Shown here one piece after another: positions 55,575-64,000 of a stretch of 64,000 bases of DNA. This DNA comes from Octopus vulgaris (Eukaryota). Within the stretch, counting starts at the first letter, position 1; every line of letters starts with the position of its first letter. Both the position numbers and the translations under genes were made by a program. The stretch spans positions 43,586,001-43,650,000 of the forward strand of contig OX597824.1 in the NCBI GenBank assembly GCA_951406725.2, read 5' to 3'. Below the pieces are notes generated by a model. That model was given only the letters and a program-made list of their open reading frames with translations, was not told the DNA's origin and did no database searches.

Positions 55575-57070
55575 CATATATTCTTATATTTCAGGATGGT
55601 TATTTTTTTCACTTTTTGCCAAATAAACACAAGCACTATATATTCGTTCTTCATTCGTGTATTACTATTCTTATTTTTCCTAATATCCATTGTCAGGAAA
55701 TCTCTCGTCACACATCTGTGACCTCTTCAGCAACTCTTTCTCTCCACGTGTGTCCTCCTGCTCTGCTTAATCCGTTCTGTCCTTCTATGATGCATTTCCT
55801 TATCTGCACATGTAGCTGCGTCTGTAACTCCGTGTGTGTGTGTGTGCATGTATGTATTTGTGTGTGAGAGAGAGAGTGTGTGTATATGTGTGTGTGCGTG
55901 TGTACGTGCGTCTGTGTTTCACATATGTGCTTATGTGTTTGTATATGGGCTTCCCACTACATTGTTTTTATCCGTGCCCTTTATATTGTTGTTCTTAGTG
56001 GTACTTTTACCCTCCCCTCACCTACGTTTTCTCCTCCGCGGTTGCGTTGACATACAACATATATAGTACGATTTACTGAAGGACGATGCAGAAACAAGAC
56101 AACAACTTACAATGGGGTGTCGGCACGCAGTACAGGGGAACGAATAGGCGAACACTGGCGGGAGAAGAAAAGCTCGTCAGTGCTCTACCAACATGCATGC
56201 TCGGTTAATAATATAGAGGTTAAAGTATTATCAACGCATAGAACTAACACATCACTTAGATTACAGAAGCCACACACATAGTAATAAATAGACTGAACTT
56301 CAACAAGAAACACGAATAATACCCATTAACACCATACCATGCAACACGACGACTAAAGACAGAAAAGAAAAAAAACACAGATACAAACGGTGTAACACAC
56401 ACAAAAAAAACAAACATGCACGTACCTATGATAAATATAATAGAGATACATAGGTAAACAAAATGAAAGCTGCATAAAGGGCACGGGTACAAACAGTATA
56501 GTATGCAAACCCATATACACATACAAACACACATACAGTAACTTCACTAATAGCCACAAGAGCAACAACCACGACGGCAGCGGCGTGAACGAACAACAGA
56601 CACAGAGGGATACAAGAACAATATTAAAAGTAAGGGTCAAGAGCAGCAACAGCAGCGGTGGGGGAGAAAATGTAGGTGAGGGGAGGGTCAAAGTACCACT
56701 AAGAACAACAATATAAAGGGCACGGATATAAACAATGCAGTGGGAAGCCCCTATACACACATATGTGCAACACATAGACATACGTACGCACACACACATA
56801 CACACATATACACCCACACGCACATACATAGTTACAGACGCAGCCACATGTGCAGATAAGGAAACACATCATAGACGGACAAAATGGATTAAACGGAGCA
56901 GGATACATGTGGATGGAAAGGGTCGCTGAAGAGGTACAGATGTGTGATGAAAGATTTCCGGACAACGGACATTAGATAAAATAAGAACAGTGATAAACTA
57001 GTAAAGAACGAATATATAGTGCGTGTGTTTATTTGGCAAGAAAAAAAATTATCATCCTGAAATATAAAAA
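55575..57070. repeat. Inverted pair of ~430-bp repeats (55575-56035 and 56670-57070) with hammerhead-like motifs
   Basis: ORFs 55379..55867(+) and 56699..56965(-) share TSSATLS..NPFCPSMM.FLICTC; CTGAAGA-stem-GARA motif in both arms. Confidence 0.88.
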
Positions 57071-57178
57071 TGTGTGTGTGATGTGTAATACAAGTATGTG
57101 GGAGAAAATGTGTGTGCGTGTATATATATAAATGTATGTATATATATAAATGTATAAATATGTGCATGGACACGCGCA

Positions 57179-57226
<48 letters not shown>

Positions 57227-57664
57227 AACACCCTTTCCCTCCCTTAGTACTTTTTCATCCTTTTTACATGAGTAGATAGGAATAGATTATGCAGCTGTTG
57301 CTTTCTGCAAACCGTAAAGTGAAGACACGTTAGCAATACTTAACACCTACATCCAGAGCATCACTCTAAACTTATGTTTTTTCTACGTATTTATTAGATT
57401 AGAACAGTTTTATTTTGTTTTGTTACTTTCATTTGTTCGTTTATACTATTATCCGGAGATAGTATTCTATTATTTGTTGATAATTGAAGAAAAAGACAAA
57501 ATATTATTTCATAGAATAGTGAGAAAGCAGAACTGTATAAGCGTGTCGATCTCAGAACGCATAAAATCTGGGCGAGTGAACGTGTGGTTTGTGCTTGTGG
57601 ACGATGCCTCTTTAAGAATTGCTGGGCTGCTTGTAAATTTATCATTAATTTCCTAACCCCTTTA

Positions 57665-57720
<56 letters not shown>

Positions 57721-57753
57721 TGAATGCACGCACTCTCCCTCAACAAGCCAATG

Positions 57754-57798
<45 letters not shown>

Positions 57799-57800
57799 GT

Positions 57801-58280
57801 AATTGCCCTGATGCAGTACCAGGTGCTGGCTCTCATGGCTTCTGATCTTAACTGACTGGAAGTGTTATCATGTACATGTTTTGTCTTGGTATAAAAGATG
57901 GGCTACTGCAAATATTCTGCTCAATACCACAGATTTGCTGGTCAGTTGTTTGACCTTAACCAGTTGAGTATGTCTCTTAGCGACTGACGATATATGCATC
58001 TCTCATCACGAGCATAAGTAGTGGGGGAGCATCATAGCCATGTGCTGAGAGGAATTCTTTGGAGTTTGAATAATTCACCTCTGGAAACATGGGTGTTTTG
58101 TTCAACAACCTTGAACAATCCTTGTTCAAGGACCTTTTGAGCGGGATGGGCTACTCGACCTGAAGAAAATTCTAACTGGGCCCCACTTGCAAGGTCATGC
58201 GCTTTTTACCTTGATATATGATCACCATGTGGAGCACATATGGTTGTGATGTATGTGCCTAGTGTACAATTATCAGATGG
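57801..58280 (-). mobile_element. Second copy of the 3744-4265 repeat, abutting (AAT)n
   Basis: Reverse-complement homology along its length. Confidence 0.85.
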
Positions 58281-58470
58281 CAGAAACGTTAGCATGCCAG
58301 CGGTATTTCGTCTGTCTTTACTTTCTAAGTTCAAATTCTGCCGAGGCCGACTTTGCCTTTCATCCTTTCGGGGTCGATAAATTAAGTACCAATTGTGTAC
58401 TGGGGTCGATCTAATCGACTGGCCCCCTCCCACAAAATTTCGGCCCTTGTGCCCAGAGTAGAAAAGGATC
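58279..58470 (+). mobile_element. SINE family A
   Basis: ggcagaaacgttagc ... ctttgcctttcatcctttcggggtcgataaattaagtacc ... agtagaaaagg. Confidence 0.88.
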
Positions 58471-59802
58471 ATGAAACTGATGGGTGAGAGTTCGGTGTGA
58501 ATTTTGACATACCTGTGAGGTATGTGTATATACGTTTAGCTAGCGAGAAAAGGGCAGCGCCTTAATCCTTTATTTTTGCAAGACCTTTGTGACTAGTGAG
58601 AGAAAGGGAGGAAAAGTATCCTCAAACCGGAGGAGTAGCCCGAATACCAACAATAGTCTGAATTCCGCTTAAAACACCAAAGTAGCAGTGGTGGTGTTTA
58701 TCTGATCCACACATTTTCTACAACTATGTAGGCCATAGCAGGTTTTGAACTGAGAAAGCAAAAACCAGAACAAATATTGCAAGACACCTCGCCTGGCACT
58801 CTAACAACTCTACCAATAGCCCACCTTGGACTGGTACTTTGTTTTTTATCGAACCCCAAAAGGAAGACAGGATAAGTTAACCCTTGTCGAGATTTGGACT
58901 CGGAGCTCAGAGAGTTGCTACAAACCAGCAAGTACGCTCTAAAAACTGTTAAATGATGTGTGAATTATGGTCATGCATTATGAGTTATACAATTGTAAAA
59001 GAACAGGAGATCCAGGCGAGTAATTTGTGTAGTAAGTAGATAACAAGTAAAAAAAATCCGAGATTTGTATTTTGTTGCGCGTAGTGTGTTACCTACTAAA
59101 ACATAAGTTTGTACCTTATCATATGCTAGTTTACATTTTAATGTGTAAGCCTCGGTTATATTATCTTTTGAAGGAAGAGATCAACTGTTACATAACAATA
59201 AAACCGGTTAGTTCGATCTTACTCCTTGTGGGCCTAATTTCACAGCCATACTGAATACTTATGAACTTCAGTTTGTACATTCGTTTATTTATAACATACA
59301 CTGTTTTGGTACTTCAATAATAATGTTCACTCTACTCAGTGTAAGTTCCACCAATTTGTACAGCATATTTTATCACTTTAAATGGTTTCGAAGAAATGGA
59401 TTACACTAACTGTCCGATAGTATAAGAGAGCAAACAGAGCGCACACACACACACACAGAGGTTCGAACGTGTTTCAAGCATATTCGGACTTATAATAATA
59501 TTACAATTTTACTTATCACTGCTTAGCGCTCCCTCTCTGTAATAAATTGTAGGTTTTTCCAATGAAACAATCGTACCTAATGGAATCACTAAAGTGTCAG
59601 AAATGACCTAGGGATTATACAATAATCTAGGAAAACCCATACCTCACATGTAATAGTTTCAGTAATATTATACATGAAAACTATATTCTGTAATAATTCT
59701 TGCGTATTTCAATAATGCACATAGTATTCTTTTCAATAGAAGCCAAATCTCTTAAACCACATCTAAAGAGTGAAGCAACTGTCATCAGATACAATATCAA
59801 AA

Positions 59803-59843
<41 letters not shown>

Positions 59844-61294
59844 CGAGAGAGAAAGAGAGAGAGAGAAAGAGAGCAGTATGACAATACTGGTTAAGAAGTT
59901 CACTTTGCAACCAAAAGGCCTTGAGCTCGATCCCAATGCGCGGCATCTTGGACAAATGTCCCATTTTAGCCTCGGGTCGACCTATAATTTGCGAGTGAAG
60001 CTGGATAGATGCAAACTTTATGAGTTCATCGGATGGATTGCACCTGTAATTCAAAAGGTGTCACGCACTGACACACTGAATGTACCTGAGAATTACTTTA
60101 AAGTTACTCGTAGCTGTCGAATGGTCAGTCACTTACATGAGTAGGTTACACAGCTGATAGAATAACTGTATGCGCATTAGCTTGTCTGCAACTTCAAGTT
60201 TGACTCTACTAAATGTATTGAGTCCTTTCACCAGTAAATGTTCGTTGGTTATAAACACATGTCAAAGCGTAAGTTTGCTATTCGATAATTATATATCGAT
60301 AAATTATGTACAAAATAAATACTGGTGACAACATAATTGACTAAAACCCTTGAAAGTGATGCCCCAATATGGCCGCATTTGAATGTCCGAAACTTGGTCT
60401 TCCAGTCACAGTTCAAATCTCACTGCGGTCGATTTTGTTGGTGGTCGATAAAATAAGCACCAATCAAAACACTGAGCCAATTTAATCTATCGTTTCCTAC
60501 CTGGTAATTTTTTGCTTGCTAGAATTAGAAGCCAGATATCCTTTGTATCAAGCTCCACTGTCTTTACAAGGAGGCACAGATCGGAGCATCGATATTAATT
60601 ACACTCATCGATGATTGCTTGGTCACGCTAAAAATGCCACACTACATTATGGAAATAATCAATATTTAACATAATTAGTTCATCGAAAACTTTTTAGTGA
60701 CTACAAATATACAAATTTAAAACATTAGTATATTTCATTTTATTCTAATTTTTAAACAGATTTATTCTGAGAATTAGTATTCATTTCATTATATTGCATG
60801 GTGACGGTGGATCTCTGTGAGGACTCAGGGCTTGTTTGCTCCTAAATTAAGGTGTAAGTGGCAGAGCATTCCACAGAAACGTGTATGACAAACGCAATTC
60901 TCAAGCAGAATCAATTTGATAGTGTATGATAAGGCTATATCTTTTGGATTATAGATATTGTCTGCCCAATTTTACTGATTTGAGACAATAGAGAACGAAA
61001 TTTGTCCAAGATGGCCTGCCGAAGGATTGAACACGGAATCTCATAGCCACAAATCGAATTTCTTAATAATTTGGCAACATTGCGCTAACATTTTGTAAAA
61101 GGATTGTGTGAAATTTGATAAAAAAAAAAAAAGTAACGATAATTGTTATACTTATGAAATATTACTCTCGGAAATAAAAGTATATATCCCCAGCATTAAC
61201 TGTCATCTGTCGGGTAACACTTTAGTCTAGCTATAATATACTATTTTTGAAAAAAAGAAAACGGTATGGGGCTAAACAACACCATTATTATTTA

Positions 61295-61960
61295 TTTCTT
61301 TATTGCTTGCAGGGGGCTAAACATAGAGGGGACAAACAAGGACAGACAAAAGGATTAAGTCGATTACATCGACCCCTGTGTGTAACTGGTACTTATTTAA
61401 TCGACTCCGAAAGGATGAAAGGCAAAGTTGACCTCGGCGGAATTTGAACCCAGAACATAACGGCAGACGAAATACTGCTAAGCATTTCGCCCAGCGTGCT
61501 AACGATTCTACCAGCTCGCCGCCTTTAACACCATTATTATTGTTGAAGGATGCTAGTAAAAGTCGTTGGTGCATTGGGAAAACTATTTACAGTATTTGTT
61601 CTGTTCATTCTGAGTTGAAATCCCGCCGAAGTCAACTTTGCCGTTCACTACTCCGGGGTCGATAAAATAAAGTGCCTGTCAAGTATTAGAGTCGATGGTA
61701 TCGACTAACCTGAAAATCGTTGGCCTCGTGCCTAAATCAGAAAATGAGAAGAAGAGCGGTGGATGGTAGTATGAGTAAAGTACTGAACAAACTGTCTTGT
61801 AGTAATAAGTTATGTTTCTTTACGTTCTCCGTTCAAGCCTTACACAGGTCGACGTTGCTTCTTCTTTCCTGAGCACTGATAAGATGTATATCAGTTTAGT
61901 ACCGGATTGATTAACTCGATGCGCATTTCTCACAACAATCACTGGCTTCGCGTCAAAGTT
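61295..61960. mobile_element. SINE family A cluster (61295-61525 minus; 61545-61745 and 61760-61960 plus, degenerate)
   Basis: aaaggatgaaaggcaaagttgacctcggcggaatttgaac on the minus copy; diverged cores on the plus copies. Confidence 0.8.
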
Positions 61961-62507
61961 AGAAATAATGATTACTGGTAATTTTGATTCTTTTTTTTTT
62001 CCTCGCCTAAGAGATCACAACATCGCTTCGCGAGAGAAATTCTGAGTAACGGTGTTTGGTGTGCGCTAAATGTTTCATACAAATGAATATACTCGATAAC
62101 ATGTATTTTTCATTATTGTTAACCCCAACAAAGACCACACCAGCGCGTGTGTGCTCGTGTGTGTAGATTTGCGTGAATTTGTGCTTATGTATTAGTTTCT
62201 AATGCACAAATCAACTTCAATCTCATATTAAACCCATCCCAATAATTAAACGGGTCTAGAAAACGAGAATAATGTAATCTAACACCGGTTAGATTACATT
62301 ATTCTACATATTAAAGCTTCAAAAATTATTACAGAACTGATATTCAGAGTTCCCGTTCGTCGGACAGTTGTAATTATAAGTTTATTACTCTACTTTTGGT
62401 ATTCGGGTACTACTTTTTCCACCTTGTTTTGCATTTACGTGTTCACCTGTGCGTGTGTATAAATATATATATACATATATATATACATACATACATACAT
62501 ACATACA

Positions 62508-62555
<48 letters not shown>

Positions 62556-62612
62556 AATGTAGTACTTATTCTATGGTCCCCTTTTATCTAACAGCTAAGC
62601 TATAGCACGCAT

Positions 62613-62639
<27 letters not shown>

Positions 62640-62643
<4 letters not shown>

Positions 62644-62852
62644 TGCGTGGTTTGCTTTTTCCGTACCTGTAACCACTCGCGTCTGACAACCGGTGTTAGT
62701 TTGTTTACTTTCTCATAGCTGTTAGAGAAAAGGGGGCCATAGAATAAGTACTTGACTTCAAAAATAATTACTTGGGGCGACTTGTTTGAATAAACCTTCT
62801 AGGGCGGTGTCCCAGCACGATCGCAGTCCAATGACTAAAAAAGTAAATGATA
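62640..62852 (+). mobile_element. SINE 3' half with LINE-like tail
   Basis: tgacaaccggtgtt...atagaataagtact...ggcggtgtcccagcacgatcgcagtccaatgact. Confidence 0.7.
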
Positions 62853-63149
62853 TGCGATATTCTCAGCTCTTCCGTTCAATTCCATTCCACATCTTGAAGA
62901 TTTCATTTCCATTTCTTTTTGTTTCTATTTTCTTATACTGTCACCTATTCTTGAATAGTCGAAAATTACCTCATACCCTACTTGCATACCCCCATTACAG
63001 CCATCTCCAGTACTTGCGTACTTACCACACTTATGTACATACTACCACAATTACATGCATACTGTCACTATTACCGTTATTTTCACTGCTACTTTCCCAC
63101 CGTAAATACCACATTAACCATCATTATCATAATTTTTCCAGCTCTTAAC

Positions 63150-63520
63150 GCTTTGGGTTGAAATTCCACCGAAGTCGACAATGCCTTTCTTCTTTTCGAG
63201 GTCGATAAAACAAGTACCAGATGAACTGTGGGGTTGATGTAATCATTGAGGCAATTCCACCAAAATGTTAGGCATTGTGCCTATTGTAGAAAGGATTATT
63301 ATTGAAGGCATCGGGCTGGTAGAATCGTCAGTATATCAGAGAAAATATAGATTTCTTCCGGCTCTTTACGTTCTGAATTCAAATACCGACAAGGTCAACG
63401 AACTTTGACTTTTATTCTCTCGGAGTCGATAAAGTAAGGTAGCAGTGAAGTACTGGGGTTGATGTAATCGACTAACCCACTTCCTTCTAAAATTGTTGGC
63501 CGTGTGCCAATACTTGAAAC
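63150..63520 (+). mobile_element. Two tandem degenerate family A SINEs
   Basis: gaggtcgataaaacaagtaccag and ggagtcgataaagtaaggtagcag cores with family tails. Confidence 0.8.
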
Positions 63521-64000
63521 ACTTATTTTTTTAAAATTTAATTTTACCCCTGCAGGATTTAAACATAGAACCAAGAAGAAACTGAGTAAATAATCGGAAT
63601 TCATTTGCTATAAAGCCGAAAGAAAATGCACCCTAGAGGGAGCTTTTATCTGTTAATTACTTGGGTAAGCTCAGTCGATATTTTCAACTCACCAAATTTA
63701 CATATGTAAGTTCCTTTCCTACAGTATGCGTAATTCATTTAATATGACGTTCGATAATTCGGTCATCTATACTCCCACCTAATAAATCTAATAAATGATT
63801 TCTATACTTCGGCTCCATGCCAAAAACTTCGTCTCCTGTCTTGAGATGGGTAGGTGGCGTGAAATGACTGATTCGACCTAATCACTCCCAGCACTTGAGT
63901 GTTACTATTTCACCCCTACTCCACCTCTAGGGATATGAAAGGCAAACTCAAGTCATATGAACTATTGGATTTAAACTCAGAAGATAAATAGGCGTGATTA

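Overview
AT-rich, microsatellite-dense eukaryotic DNA with no convincing host protein-coding gene. The repeat families look like those of octopus (coleoid cephalopod) genomes, so this is probably intergenic or large-intron sequence; the species call is an inference from repeat recognition. Almost all ORFs in the track are translations of simple repeats. The real coding signal is transposon debris: four decayed mariner copies, three RTE-clade LINE remnants, a Tx1/L1-like RT, a CR1/L2-group 3' end, a restriction-like-endonuclease LINE tail, a Penelope-like RT/GIY-YIG remnant and a Helitron PIF1 helicase tail. There are also many tRNA-type SINEs, several MITEs and a short non-autonomous Helitron. 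The least-explained signals are structural: hammerhead-ribozyme-like motifs in four unrelated non-coding repeats (two of them arranged as inverted pairs), a near-perfect 1-kb palindrome fused to an older 500-bp palindrome, and several perfect 13-18 bp hairpins. I cannot demonstrate a new biological system from sequence alone. The hammerhead-bearing inverted Penelope-type repeats are the best lead. Identities were estimated by eye and boundaries of decayed elements are approximate.
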